This document shows positions 48,625 through 60,092 of a stretch of 64,000 bases of DNA, piece after piece. The notes under the pieces are model-generated. The model was not told the origin of the DNA. It did not search any database and was given only the letters and a program-made list of their open reading frames with translations. Where the stretch lies: positions 32,671 through 96,670 of the forward strand of contig CAMCVE010000007.1 of the NCBI GenBank assembly GCA_945881775.1, given 5' to 3'. Positions within the stretch are counted from its first letter, which is position 1; every line of letters starts with the position of its first letter. The DNA comes from Bacteriovorax stolpii. Its GTDB lineage: Bacteria; Bdellovibrionota; UBA2428. The translations under genes and the position numbers were made by a program.

Positions 48625-49448
48625 TGAATAAGTCAGAGCTTAACGCAGAGATTCAGCGGACCTTGGGTGAGGCCATGGCTGCGGATGCCGCCGACCTCTT
48701 TTTGTCTCCACACATTTCCACCGACCTTTTGTATGTTGCCACTTTTGAACCCGGACCCGCCATGTGGGTTGTCAACCGTAGCGACGTTTTCGACGAGACG
48801 CTTTCACATTTTCTCGGCCATCCAGATCGAGGCATCGCTCGACGGGCCCAAGACAAACTGAGCGCACGTCGCGCTCCACCCGAGACGCTCGCGAAGCCCG
48901 ATCCTTTCATCGCAGGTGCTTCCGAGGTTCCCGATTTTGAAGTGGAGGAAGTGCTCGGACACCCCCGTGTCGAACTCGCCGCCATCCTCCACTTTAGTTA
49001 CGCGCTCAAGGCAGAGCACCGGGCGAGTGCAGCCCTAGGCGCCACCCGACGTCTGCTTGAGTACCCTCCCGACTGGACGCGCGAAGATATCTCGCGTGAG
49101 CGCCTCGTTGAACGACTTGTCCAGATGCTGATCAATGACCCCTCCCCACTCGTGCGCTCGTATGCGACGCGCTTCCCTCTCTTTGAGACTGAAGTAATAT
49201 CACAAGCCCTTCTCACAGAATCCAACGGCACTGTACGCGGGCGCCTGCTGCAGCATCCTCAACTCTCTCCAACGAGCCTTGCACATGCCGCGGAGAAATC
49301 GCTCTCCAGTGAGGAGGACGCGTTTGTAGACATCGTCTTGAGTCTGGATTCCCGTATTCCTCGAGAGCTTCGATCGAAACTTCTCGCCTCGCCACTCGAG
49401 CAAAAACTCCCCTATATGGCCGAGCTTTGTCACCTTTTTCAACTTTGA
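48621..49448 (+). CDS. Hypothetical protein (275 aa), translationally coupled to the thiolase
   Basis: ATGA overlap with the thiolase stop. Helical and Ala/Leu-rich; no motif recognised. Confidence 0.5.
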   Translation: MMNKSELNAEIQRTLGEAMAADAADLFLSPHISTDLLYVATFEPGPAMWVVNRSDVFDETLSHFLGHPDRGIARRAQDKLSARRAPPETLAKPDPFIAGASEVPDFEVEEVLGHPRVELAAILHFSYALKAEHRASAALGATRRLLEYPPDWTREDISRERLVERLVQMLINDPSPLVRSYATRFPLFETEVISQALLTESNGTVRGRLLQHPQLSPTSLAHAAEKSLSSEEDAFVDIVLSLDSRIPRELRSKLLASPLEQKLPYMAELCHLFQL

Positions 49449-49530
49449 GCTTAAGTTTTAATCAAACGTATAAAAATTAACAGTATCTTAAACGACGGAT
49501 GCCTGAGTTCAGTCCATAATCACTCTAAGA

Positions 49531-50259
49531 ATGGGTAGCCCAGAGGTGTCTGTTATCGCTCTAGTCGTTTCCGACGAGAGACGTGCGATTGTCTTTGAGA
49601 AGATCTTTGCCGATCTTCTCCTCGACAAAACCAAAGCAACCTTGAAGAGCAAGCTAAGCCTTGAGCGCTTCCGAAGTGTCGGAGAGTTTATTCAGGCGCA
49701 ACGTGACCGCAAGAATCTGAGCGGCACCGTAATTGATACAGGACTGATTTCGGACGCGAGTGACATTGAAAAGCGCGCGCTCATGCTCCTCGAAGAACTG
49801 CAGATCCCCACTCTGAAAGTTTCTGAAAAGGTGGTGGCAGGCGACGCTGTCGACCGCAAAATTCTCACCGGCAAATGGGCTCAGCTCATGGACCAGGTCG
49901 AAGCCTTTGCGCCACGCGGCCTTCGCGTTCACAGCCGCAAACTCTGCTATATCAAGATTCGTTATCATCGTGTGGGCGGACTTGCGGGTGAAGGCGGAGA
50001 AGAAGTCCACATGGAGTCGAAGGCAATCACCTACGACCTGAGCTATGGAGGATGCTTCATTGTTTCGACGTATGACTGGAGTGGCGTCGATCACATCTCC
50101 GTCTTTATAGGCGAACATCCGGAAGCTGTTCCATGTCGTATTGCTTGGCGACTGCCGTGGGGTGCAAGTCACCGGAAGATGCCCGGCATTGGCGTGGAGT
50201 TCATCAACAATGACGAGGCTCTTAAATCTTACCTCGCCGGCTTCGTGCGCGACAGCTAA
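49531..50259 (+). CDS. PilZ-domain protein (putative c-di-GMP receptor) with N-terminal receiver-like region
   Basis: C-terminal ...KIRYHRV...ITYDLSYGGCFI resembles the PilZ RxxxR / D-x-S-x-x-G pair. Confidence 0.5.
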   Translation: MGSPEVSVIALVVSDERRAIVFEKIFADLLLDKTKATLKSKLSLERFRSVGEFIQAQRDRKNLSGTVIDTGLISDASDIEKRALMLLEELQIPTLKVSEKVVAGDAVDRKILTGKWAQLMDQVEAFAPRGLRVHSRKLCYIKIRYHRVGGLAGEGGEEVHMESKAITYDLSYGGCFIVSTYDWSGVDHISVFIGEHPEAVPCRIAWRLPWGASHRKMPGIGVEFINNDEALKSYLAGFVRDS

Positions 50260-50919
50260 TCAGCTCCCTATCGCACCTTTGTATTCGAGACCCACGATGT
50301 AAACTTCGCGGCTACCCTGGCGAATGGCCTCAGGCTTGCTCACGTAGTTGCGTTTGAACTTGCGCTTGAAATCGACATAGAAATCACTAAACCCGGGCCC
50401 CTCAAAGACCTTGGCGACAAAAGACCCGCCCACTTTCAAAAGTCCCGACTCTGCGAGCTTTAGACTCGCTTCCACAAGAGCGATCGATTTCGCAACGTCG
50501 CTCTCGGGAATGCCCACGGTTTTTACCATCGCGTCACTTTGGATCATGTCGAAGGGAGCCCAAGGTTTAATGAAGGGAGTCTCCACGCTCACGTCGTAGA
50601 GACTCATCACGTAAGTCTCGACGTTGGCAAGATCAACTCGCACGGGATCGATGTCGATGCCCACGAGGTGCCCCTTCGCCCCCACCTTCTTGCTGGCGTA
50701 CTGAAGCCACGACCCAGGCGCACAGCCAAGATCCAGGATCGTCATCCCGGGACGAAAGAACTTCCACCGCTGATCCATTTCTTCGAGCTTAAAAGCAGAT
50801 CTAGCAACAAAACCCTCTTGCTTGGCCCGCTTAAAATAGGCGTCTTTCGGATCATAACGGAGGCCCTTACGCGTCTTACCCATGGGGGCACTATAGAGCC
50901 CTGCCAGGCTTTTCGACAA
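50260..50919 (-). CDS. rlmE: 23S rRNA (uridine2552-2'-O)-methyltransferase RlmE/FtsJ
   Basis: RSAFKLEEMDQR...DLGCAPGSW...VGIDIDPV motifs. Confidence 0.85.
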   Translation of the reverse strand: MSKSLAGLYSAPMGKTRKGLRYDPKDAYFKRAKQEGFVARSAFKLEEMDQRWKFFRPGMTILDLGCAPGSWLQYASKKVGAKGHLVGIDIDPVRVDLANVETYVMSLYDVSVETPFIKPWAPFDMIQSDAMVKTVGIPESDVAKSIALVEASLKLAESGLLKVGGSFVAKVFEGPGFSDFYVDFKRKFKRNYVSKPEAIRQGSREVYIVGLEYKGAIGS

Positions 50920-50957
50920 GAGGAGTCAGTGCAAGTAGCAATTGCAGAAATGCCTTC

Positions 50958-51191
50958 TTATCGGGCACTGTGAATCTCTCGCACGTGTTTCTCAACGAAA
51001 TCGGTTCGACTCGTGTCGCTCGCATCTGCAATTCCATTCTCAGAGATCAGGATCGGCAGTTTGTAGCGAGCGTAGTCTTTCTTGAGAACAGGATAGAGCC
51101 CTTGCGGAAAAATCTCCCATCCCATATCCGTCTTCGGACCTGGCTCTTCAAAGAGCCTCACAAAAGGCGACTTGAAGATCGCCTGAATCAT
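50958..51191 (-). pseudogene. Internal fragment of a GH1 beta-glucosidase gene (remnant)
   Basis: The 77-aa ORF MGWEIFPQGLYPVLKKDYARYKLPILISENGIADASD...FVEKHVREIHSA matches the GH1 region around the catalytic nucleophile motif (I/Y)TENG. No N-terminal GH1 region is found nearby. Confidence 0.55.
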
Positions 51192-51212
51192 GCCACGAGC
51201 AACATCGACGTC

Positions 51213-51914
51213 TCAGTCGTTAAACTGTCTGTAGATCGCTCGCGAGAGGCCCGGAGCCACAAGGTATTCCATCCCGTAGCGAGAGAGCAGTGCCGCGACA
51301 CCGCAACCCAAGCTGAAAGGTGGCGCAACCGTGAGGCTGCAGGCGCCGTTGGAGATCCAGTAGATCGATGCAGCACTGACTGGCACGAAATGCAGGCCAT
51401 ATTCTTTCTCGCCCCAAGCTTTTCCGGTGCGGCGATCCCCACCGGGACGCACAGCAACTGGAATGCCATAGTTAAAGATCTTCAGGTCATAGAGATTGAA
51501 AAGCTTGAGCCACTTGCGATCAACTCGCGACTCGAGACCACTGGAGAAGCCTGCGACCCATTGGCTCAAAGGAGCATGATCACCGAGATCGAGAGCTCCA
51601 AGACCATTCGATGAATAAAGAGAGAAGCTCGTGTTCCATTCGCGCTCTTTGCGAGCCGCATAGGAAGCGTGACCATCTTCACGTAGAACGAGCAGTGCCG
51701 CGCGCACTAGGACCTCAAGTCCTTGACGACTCACGCGCTCAATGCGTCCTTCGCGCAAATCCTCCTCGGCGCGAGATGCAGCCGCTTTTGAGACCTTTTG
51801 CTGTTCGAATGTCGCTTCTTTGGTTGATAACAGTGAAAGATTAGCTTTTGCGTGCGGAACCGCGACTACAAAAGTCGATACCCAAAGTGCCTTGAGAATC
51901 CCTTGATGCTTCAT
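51213..51914 (-). CDS. Hypothetical secreted protein
   Basis: Signal peptide MKHQGILKALWVSTFVVAVPHAKA. Confidence 0.5.
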   Translation of the reverse strand: MKHQGILKALWVSTFVVAVPHAKANLSLLSTKEATFEQQKVSKAAASRAEEDLREGRIERVSRQGLEVLVRAALLVLREDGHASYAARKEREWNTSFSLYSSNGLGALDLGDHAPLSQWVAGFSSGLESRVDRKWLKLFNLYDLKIFNYGIPVAVRPGGDRRTGKAWGEKEYGLHFVPVSAASIYWISNGACSLTVAPPFSLGCGVAALLSRYGMEYLVAPGLSRAIYRQFND

Positions 51915-52082
51915 GTTTTATCTCCCCCGAGATCTGCTTGCTCTCTTTACAATTATCGTAGCAAGGCACACAAAATGCGAAGTGGAGAGCAAACAAACAG
52001 CACTTAGTTCAGTAATTGAAATACTGGAAGTCTTTCGAGCCCTTAAGGCGCACGGCACACCCGCAGTTAAGGCAATTCTTTG

Positions 52083-52128
52083 ACGAAAAAGTAAAAAACC
52101 CTGCGATCTCAATATGAGACCGCAGGGT
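52083..52128 (-). terminator. Rho-independent terminator of groESL
   Basis: Minus-strand RNA reads CCCUGCGGUCUC-AUAU-UGAGAUCGCAGGG followed by UUUUUUACUUUUU, about 35 nt after the groEL stop. Confidence 0.7.
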
Positions 52129-52162
52129 TCAACTAGAAAGCGAGGTACGAAAAACTTCTAAA

Positions 52163-53815
<1,653 letters not shown>

Positions 53816-53838
53816 TTAATCTCCTAAAAACTTCTGAA

Positions 53839-54126
53839 TTACTCGATGACGGCGACGATATCTTCTTCGCGAAGGAGCAGGTGCTCTTCACCGTCGATTT
53901 TGACTTCAGTACCGGCGTACTTGCCGAAGAGGACGCGGTCTCCGTTTTTCACGGCGAGAGGACGAACAGTACCGTTCTCTAGAGTGCGGCCGTTTCCGAC
54001 TGCGATGATCTTGCCTTCGAGGGGCTTCTCTTTTGCAGTGTCAGGGATGATGATTCCACCCTTGGTTTTGGTTTCTTCTTCGATGCGTTTCACGATCACG
54101 CGGTCATGCAGGGGACGAATTGCCAT
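53839..54126 (-). CDS. groES: Co-chaperonin GroES
   Basis: 95 aa with [14 protein letters not shown]...[19 protein letters not shown] present. Confidence 0.95.
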   Translation of the reverse strand: MAIRPLHDRVIVKRIEEETKTKGGIIIPDTAKEKPLEGKIIAVGNGRTLENGTVRPLAVKNGDRVLFGKYAGTEVKIDGEEHLLLREEDIVAVIE

Positions 54127-54187
54127 TTTTAGTTTCCTCCTTAGTTACACTTAACAATTTAAAGACGGAACACCCGCCTTATAAAAC

Positions 54188-54394
54188 CTATTCAGCGCTC
54201 TTCTCCGTAGCCTTGGGGCGCTTGTAATCCGTGGTGTACCAACCACTGCCTTTGAGTGCGAAGCTCGTGGCCGAGATCACCTTCTCAACATGAGGCAAAG
54301 AGCACTTGGGACACATTTCAGGAGCGGGGTCAGAGATCTTGGCCCAAACTTCGAAACGATGATCGCAGCTCTTGCAGCCGTATTCGTAGATCAT
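54188..54394 (-). CDS. FmdB-family zinc-ribbon putative regulatory protein
   Basis: MIYEYGCKSCDHRFEV...CPKCS (CxxC...CxxC). Confidence 0.6.
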   Translation of the reverse strand: MIYEYGCKSCDHRFEVWAKISDPAPEMCPKCSLPHVEKVISATSFALKGSGWYTTDYKRPKATEKSAE

Positions 54395-54686
54395 TCCCAG
54401 TTCCCTCTCTCTATAACGAAGATTTGCTGGCCCTTTAGCTAGCACCATTTCCGATTCGATGCTTCACGCAAAGGCGTTCTTCGGGTGGAATTCTGGTGTC
54501 CGTCTCGTCAGAGTCAAGGAGTGAGGCAAAATTATTCTTCATGTATGAGTTTTTATCAAATAAATTCAAATACTTAATGAATTGGACCTGCAAAGAGCTT
54601 TGGGGCACCCGGCCGGTCATTTTGGAAAAGCGCATGTTGTAATATTGAGCGGGCGCCTCTAGAAGAGAGAGGTCATTTTTAAGTGA

Positions 54687-54760
54687 GGCGGCATAGCCAA
54701 GTGGTAAGGCAGAGCTCTGCAAAAGCTCCACCCCCAGTTCAAATCTGGGTGCCGCCTCCA
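54687..54760 (+). tRNA. tRNA-Cys (GCA), CCA encoded
   Basis: Hand-folded: acceptor GGCGGCA/TGCCGCC, anticodon loop CTGCAAA, T-arm CCCAG-TTCAAAT-CTGGG. Confidence 0.85.
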
Positions 54761-54787
54761 AATTCTTTAGCAGCGAGATCTTAGAAC

Positions 54788-56014
54788 GTGTCCGAGACAA
54801 TACCCCCCGAAATTTATATTTGGCTTAAGTCCTCTGCGGGAATCGTGGTTCTCTTGTTCCTCGTGGTCGTACTCCAGGTGGGGATGCGCACTTACATCCG
54901 TAAAATTTTCCATCGTCTCGCGAGAGACAGTCGTAGCTGGGCTTCGGTGCTCCTGCGCGACGAAGCGGTCTCGAGAATCACGGCCTGGATACTTCCGCTT
55001 TTCATTGTGCACGAGAGCGTCGCACTCGTGCCGGGTCTTAGCGACAAGGCCATCCTATTTTCTCAGCGTCTCGTGCTGGCCACATTTGTTGTCCTCGCAG
55101 CGCGCTTTGTCGTGTGTTTGCTCGACGCCGCCCAAAGTATCTATTCGCAAAGTCCGGCGGGGCGTTCGCGCCCTATCAAGGGATATCTCCAAGGCTTCTC
55201 GATCCTAACTCACATCGTGATGGTTGTGGCCGTGATTTCGATCCTCATGGATAAGTCACCCTTCATCTTTTTGAGCGGACTCGGCGCGATGACCGCGATT
55301 CTCGTGCTGATCTTCAAAGACACGATCCTTTCACTTGTTGCAGGCATTCAACTCACCTCAAACCGACTCATCGAAGTCGGCGATTGGATCGAAATGCCAC
55401 AGTTTGATGCGGACGGTGATGTCACCGAGATCGCACTTCATGCGGTCAAGGTTCAGAACTGGGATCACACGATCACGGTGATTCCGACGCACAAGTTCCT
55501 CGAGAACTCCTTCAAGAACTGGCGCGGCATGCACGAGTCCGGTGGCCGTCGCATCAAACGCTCCGTGCTCCTAGACCTCAGGTCGGTGCGCTTCCTCGAG
55601 GCCGCCGACATCGAATATTTCTCGAAATTCTACCTGCTCCAAGAATACATCGCGCGCAAACTCGAAGAGCTGCACGAGGATCAGATCCGCAAGGGACTCG
55701 ACAAGAACGGCCTCATCTCAAATTTCCGGCGCCTCACCAACCTCGGGACCTTTCGGGCTTATCTCGTAAATTATCTGCGCCAACATCCGGGCATCCGCCA
55801 GGATATGACCTTCCTGGTGCGCCAATTACAGCCAACCTCGGAGGGCCTCCCTGTCGAGATCTATGTTTTCGCGAATGACACACGGCTTTCTAGCTTTGAG
55901 GACATCCAGTCCAACATCTTTGATCATGTGCTGGCGATCGCGCCGGAATTTGGTCTGCGAGTGTTTCAGAGTCCCTCTGGCGACGACATGCGAGCCCTCA
56001 GTAGAGAACCTTAG
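54788..56014 (+). CDS. mscS: Small-conductance mechanosensitive channel (MscS family)
   Basis: TM helices followed by the conserved MscS beta-domain (LIEVGDWIEM...GDVTEIALHAVKVQNWDHTITVIPTHKF). Confidence 0.8.
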   Translation: MSETIPPEIYIWLKSSAGIVVLLFLVVVLQVGMRTYIRKIFHRLARDSRSWASVLLRDEAVSRITAWILPLFIVHESVALVPGLSDKAILFSQRLVLATFVVLAARFVVCLLDAAQSIYSQSPAGRSRPIKGYLQGFSILTHIVMVVAVISILMDKSPFIFLSGLGAMTAILVLIFKDTILSLVAGIQLTSNRLIEVGDWIEMPQFDADGDVTEIALHAVKVQNWDHTITVIPTHKFLENSFKNWRGMHESGGRRIKRSVLLDLRSVRFLEAADIEYFSKFYLLQEYIARKLEELHEDQIRKGLDKNGLISNFRRLTNLGTFRAYLVNYLRQHPGIRQDMTFLVRQLQPTSEGLPVEIYVFANDTRLSSFEDIQSNIFDHVLAIAPEFGLRVFQSPSGDDMRALSREP

Positions 56015-57939
56015 CGATAGAATTCAACACGTGTTTTAGATCCGTCGCGGAAAACCACATCGGCCCCCATCACAATGACATCACGGACCCTCTCGCTCGT
56101 CGGATCTGGATTAAATTTAATCGAGGCGATGGGGCGGCCCGCAAGCTCAGGATGCTGCGATTGGCGACAGCTCGTCTCCCTGGGCCCCGTCGCCACGAAT
56201 TGTCCATTTTCGTCGAGGCCCATCCACCCGTCAGTCCAAAAATCAAACTGCGGATTTTGCACACCACAAAGCTCAGAGAATTCTTTTGCGCGCTGATGGA
56301 ACTTAGGAAAGCCGATCGCGCCAGCCCAAAAGTGCGGGAGTATCCCTACGGAAACAATTTTTGAGCCCACCTCGATCGAAGGCTGGTAATGGGTGATCTT
56401 GTCGTCCCGGTAGCTTTTCACGATGAACGATCCATCGTTGCAGAGAAGCATGCGGAGCATGGACCCCTCGCTGTACTGAACGCTTCCATCCGGACACTGC
56501 ATGAGGGACTCTGAGACCCGCCCTTCGCGCTGATTCCAGTACATCAAAAGACCCGTCTCATTTTGGATCATCCAAAGATCGGAACTCAGTGGTCCACCCA
56601 TGGCATCACTGTAGCCCTTTTGGCCTGGATCCGACGCGACACCTTTTAGCGTAAAATCTTCGACACGATCCGGAAACGGATAGAGCGTGCCCTCTTTGGA
56701 GAGAACCATACGTTCACTACCGAGCACACTCATGAAGCGCTTAAGAGGAGGCTTGGGGCGATAACTCGAAGGCTTGAGGGAATACTTGCCGCTCAAGGGG
56801 CTGAGTTTAAGTGTGGACAACACATTGTCCGCACCCAGGACGTAGGGAATCAACTGTCCCGCGAGGAGCGCGCGATAGTCTCGCACACTGAGATTTGAAG
56901 CCCCCTCGATTTCTGCAAGTGGATTGGCAAAAGCATTCGCGCGCTTCCCGCAACGAAGTTGGCCATCAAAAGACACGCCACAAATCCTACCGAGCGTGGG
57001 CTCAATAAGTCGCATGAGACGATCCTCTCCTGAGAGAGAGGGACTGAGTTCAAGAGGCTCCATCGGCAATCGAACGAGCGGATGGAAAAGCCGAAGGCGA
57101 CCATGGTTGTCGAGAGTTAGCAAAACATCGACCGATGGATTGTCGGCCGGAAGCGAGTTGAAACGATTGTCGAGGTAACTCACGCCTCGAGCGCGCGCAT
57201 ATTCACGGTCAGCCTCGCTGAAGTTGAGACCTCCCGCTGCGACAGCCAAAAGAAACTGCACAGACACAGCGTAGGCCCCCATGTCGGACCCTTGTGAATA
57301 GACCTCGTCACAGGCGTCCTTTTGGCCCACGAGTTCGCCTCGGCGACAGACGGTATGACCCGGATCCTCTGAATGAGAATGGCGAGCTTCGTGGACCATC
57401 ACAGAAGCGCCGTCGAGGGGAGGAAACGTCAGAACTCGCGGTCCCACAAAAACGGCGCCATTGCTATTGAATGCCGCAACTCCGTCGACCTGACCAGCAT
57501 CCGAGAATCCCTCGAAATTCACCGAATCCACAAGCCCTGCGATGTATTTCAGAGGGGACTGAGCGGCCAAAAAGCCACCGTAATCTGGAACTGCAGCTGC
57601 GACGATTTTTGATTCGTCCATGAAGCGCAAGAGTTTTCCGAGTTTCTCGTAGTCAGATCCATCCCCGCAAATCTGGCCTTTGGGAGCGGACCGGACCTTA
57701 AGCAGTTTCATGTAACGCTTCATACCCGCTTCATCAGCGCAGGGAAGCTTTGCGTAGTCGTTGCGAGAGTCTGCCTGAGTTTCGAGCAATTCTTCGGCTC
57801 GGGATTCGGACGAGGGGGCACGCACAAACTTCGCTACCGTTTGCGCGCTAAAGTAAGCGCATATCGACCCGATTGCTACAGAACCCAGTGCGAGTCCAAA
57901 TTTTCGAAGCTGATCAGATCCATTCCCTGAGTGAATCAT
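56011..57939 (-). CDS. Hypothetical large exported protein (642 aa) with an HEARH (HExxH-type) motif
   Basis: N-terminal TM/signal anchor. VMVHEARHSHSEDPGH contains HExxH. No other family recognised. Confidence 0.5.
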   Translation of the reverse strand: MIHSGNGSDQLRKFGLALGSVAIGSICAYFSAQTVAKFVRAPSSESRAEELLETQADSRNDYAKLPCADEAGMKRYMKLLKVRSAPKGQICGDGSDYEKLGKLLRFMDESKIVAAAVPDYGGFLAAQSPLKYIAGLVDSVNFEGFSDAGQVDGVAAFNSNGAVFVGPRVLTFPPLDGASVMVHEARHSHSEDPGHTVCRRGELVGQKDACDEVYSQGSDMGAYAVSVQFLLAVAAGGLNFSEADREYARARGVSYLDNRFNSLPADNPSVDVLLTLDNHGRLRLFHPLVRLPMEPLELSPSLSGEDRLMRLIEPTLGRICGVSFDGQLRCGKRANAFANPLAEIEGASNLSVRDYRALLAGQLIPYVLGADNVLSTLKLSPLSGKYSLKPSSYRPKPPLKRFMSVLGSERMVLSKEGTLYPFPDRVEDFTLKGVASDPGQKGYSDAMGGPLSSDLWMIQNETGLLMYWNQREGRVSESLMQCPDGSVQYSEGSMLRMLLCNDGSFIVKSYRDDKITHYQPSIEVGSKIVSVGILPHFWAGAIGFPKFHQRAKEFSELCGVQNPQFDFWTDGWMGLDENGQFVATGPRETSCRQSQHPELAGRPIASIKFNPDPTSERVRDVIVMGADVVFRDGSKTRVEFYR

Positions 57940-58592
57940 TCCTCACTCCCGAGCGCATCGATGTCGTCCATGACTGCGATCCGGTGGATTCTCGGGTCGA
58001 TGCCCTGAAGAAATCGATCGCGCTCGAGCTCATCAGCCGCAATTCCCACCACCGCGAGATTCCTGAGCGACTGCGCTTTGAAGAAGACCGAATACTGGGG
58101 ACTCTGAAGAAGTTTTTTATAGATCATTGTGAGGCTCGGAACGAGAATCTCCGCAATCCCGTGACTTGCGTGAGCTTTGTACAAAGCACGAACAATCGCG
58201 TAGCGAGCCGCGAGCTCCGCCTCGCGCGGATCCTCAAATTTCACGGATCCTTGGACGGGAAGTTCAGCCAGCAACCGAGTCTCAATCATTTCCACATCTG
58301 AAACCTCGAGCCCAAACTGGATACGTGGCGAGTAGAGATACTCAACGAATTTGGGGTCCATCGCGCTTGAGAGCAGACTCATGGGCTCAGTATCTATCTC
58401 CAAACTTTGAGGACCAGAGACTGCCCCTTGTGGAGATCCAGAGGCTTTTGCGGTGCTCTTGTTGAGATTGGCAAAGAGCGCATCTTCGTTCGAAGAAGCT
58501 GGAGTGAAGACCCAAGAGCTCACAAAAAAACTCAAGGCACCGAGCCCCACAAAAAGCAGTCCCCACAGAACGGGCTTCACGGCGTTTTTCAC
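57936..58592 (-). CDS. Hypothetical membrane-anchored protein (218 aa), co-operonic with the 642-aa protein
   Basis: N-terminal TM segment. ATGA overlap with the downstream gene. Confidence 0.5.
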   Translation of the reverse strand: MKNAVKPVLWGLLFVGLGALSFFVSSWVFTPASSNEDALFANLNKSTAKASGSPQGAVSGPQSLEIDTEPMSLLSSAMDPKFVEYLYSPRIQFGLEVSDVEMIETRLLAELPVQGSVKFEDPREAELAARYAIVRALYKAHASHGIAEILVPSLTMIYKKLLQSPQYSVFFKAQSLRNLAVVGIAADELERDRFLQGIDPRIHRIAVMDDIDALGSEE

Positions 58593-58700
58593 GCCTCAAT
58601 TCTAGCGCCTCTGGCGAAGATCTTCCGTCAGAAACTTGTCCTTCGGACCTTAACATGAACTTAATTTGTGGGTGGCGCCGTCAAGCGACATAATGACATC

Positions 58701-59750
58701 ATGAAGAGTCGTGGTCGTTTTTTGATTGCCTATATTGGACTCACCGGAGCTATCACTCCATTCACTTCGGACTCTTCGGCACAAACTTTAACTCATGATG
58801 GAAAACTCCCGTCTTTCGACAACTCGAGCGGCCAGATTCCAGGGATGATGTTGATGAACGGGACGGGCCAGATTGATGCCATTGTGGATCAAGCCCATCG
58901 AAGCAATCGTTGCAAAACCATTCAAGAAAAGAGCGGACAAGAAAGCGTTCCAGTAGATTTTCTAAAGGGCATGGGATACTCGCTTGTGAGGACAATGTGT
59001 GGACGAAGCGTGAGCAATCCCGTTGCTTCGGGACTGAGTTCCGGTCAAAAGGCTTCCAGCGTTAAGGGTCTCATGATGGCTCCCGCTGGACTTTATTCGA
59101 AGAAAGATGTCCTTGCCTCGGGACACTACAATCAGGGAATCGGCATTTCTGAAGGATCCAAGAACGCCTCCCACACCTATGCCATCCTCGCTGCACTTGC
59201 GATGCAGGAATCCGATGCCAATATCGTCGAGGGCGTCGATAAATCTAAAGACATTTCTCTGCATACAGAAACCGCAGAAGAAGCGGGAGCTTTTCAGGTT
59301 TCTGCCGATTCACAGAATTTGCTCGATAAAGGTGCTTACCAAGAGCTCTTGAGTTCCTACGTAACCTCTATCCAAGCGGCTGGCACTGATCCTTCGCAAC
59401 TGGAAAAAATTTGCCGCGTCTCGAAGTTCTCCGGCGACGGTGCGAAGAACGGAAAAGAGTCTATTGACCCGAACGAGCTTCTCCAAAAAGTCCAGCAAGC
59501 CATCATGGGCGTGTCGGCAGTTCAGACGAAGCTCACCGACCAACAATTCCAAGATATCAACAAAACATGCCCCGCATTCGCGACGGAATACGCGGCCCTC
59601 GTAGCGAGAACAAACCTGGGGCACAATGGTCCCCTCGTCCGGGGTGAAGTCAAACCCTCTGAAGGATGCACCCAGATGTTCGAAGATCTTGCAGAGTTGG
59701 CGAACTCACAGTTTGTGTGCCGAGACGTCGGACTTCAAAGCGTTCCTTAG
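58701..59750 (+). CDS. Hypothetical secreted protein (~350 aa)
   Basis: Signal peptide MKSRGRFLIAYIGLTGAITPFTS. Gly/Ser/Gln-rich and Cys-containing. Confidence 0.5.
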   Translation: MKSRGRFLIAYIGLTGAITPFTSDSSAQTLTHDGKLPSFDNSSGQIPGMMLMNGTGQIDAIVDQAHRSNRCKTIQEKSGQESVPVDFLKGMGYSLVRTMCGRSVSNPVASGLSSGQKASSVKGLMMAPAGLYSKKDVLASGHYNQGIGISEGSKNASHTYAILAALAMQESDANIVEGVDKSKDISLHTETAEEAGAFQVSADSQNLLDKGAYQELLSSYVTSIQAAGTDPSQLEKICRVSKFSGDGAKNGKESIDPNELLQKVQQAIMGVSAVQTKLTDQQFQDINKTCPAFATEYAALVARTNLGHNGPLVRGEVKPSEGCTQMFEDLAELANSQFVCRDVGLQSVP

Positions 59751-59933
59751 ACTCAAAATTTTTGGCAAGGGCTGATTCAAAAATCTCGCGAGCGCCGCAT
59801 TTTTTGGGCACTCAAAGTATCCTCATTTCTGTCCTCAGAAATCCACTTATCCACAGTCTCGGCGCACCAAAAATTTAAGAATTCTCCTAAGTAATTGTTT
59901 TAAAAAGATTTTTATATATATATGGTCACAGCA

Positions 59934-59981
59934 CTACCATATGTAGCCATATATCGCCTTGAATCCACCTATATGTTGTGT
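59934..59981 (+). promoter_or_regulatory. Putative tandem NrdR boxes upstream of nrdAB
   Basis: The 59966-59981 site cacctatatgttgtgt matches the NrdR consensus acaCwAtATaTwGtgt at 12/16. A weaker site at 59934-59949 (ctaccatatgtagcca, 9/16) lies 32 bp upstream. Both sit about 110-160 bp 5' of nrdA. Confidence 0.35.
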
Positions 59982-60092
59982 CACCGTTAGAGAAGTAGCC
60001 CTTCTAGGGCGCTCCGCTTGGGGGAGTTGGAGCGTCTTGATCGAGATAGACCTTAGGGGGTCTCGAAGGGCACACACGGAGGGATAAATAAA

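Noticed and set aside
54127-54187. Searched for a CIRCE (TTAGCACTC-N9-GAGTGCTAA) element upstream of groES
   Set aside because: No inverted repeat resembling CIRCE in the 61-bp leader or upstream of the adjacent FmdB-like gene, so heat-shock control is presumably sigma-32-type. Not claimed as a feature.
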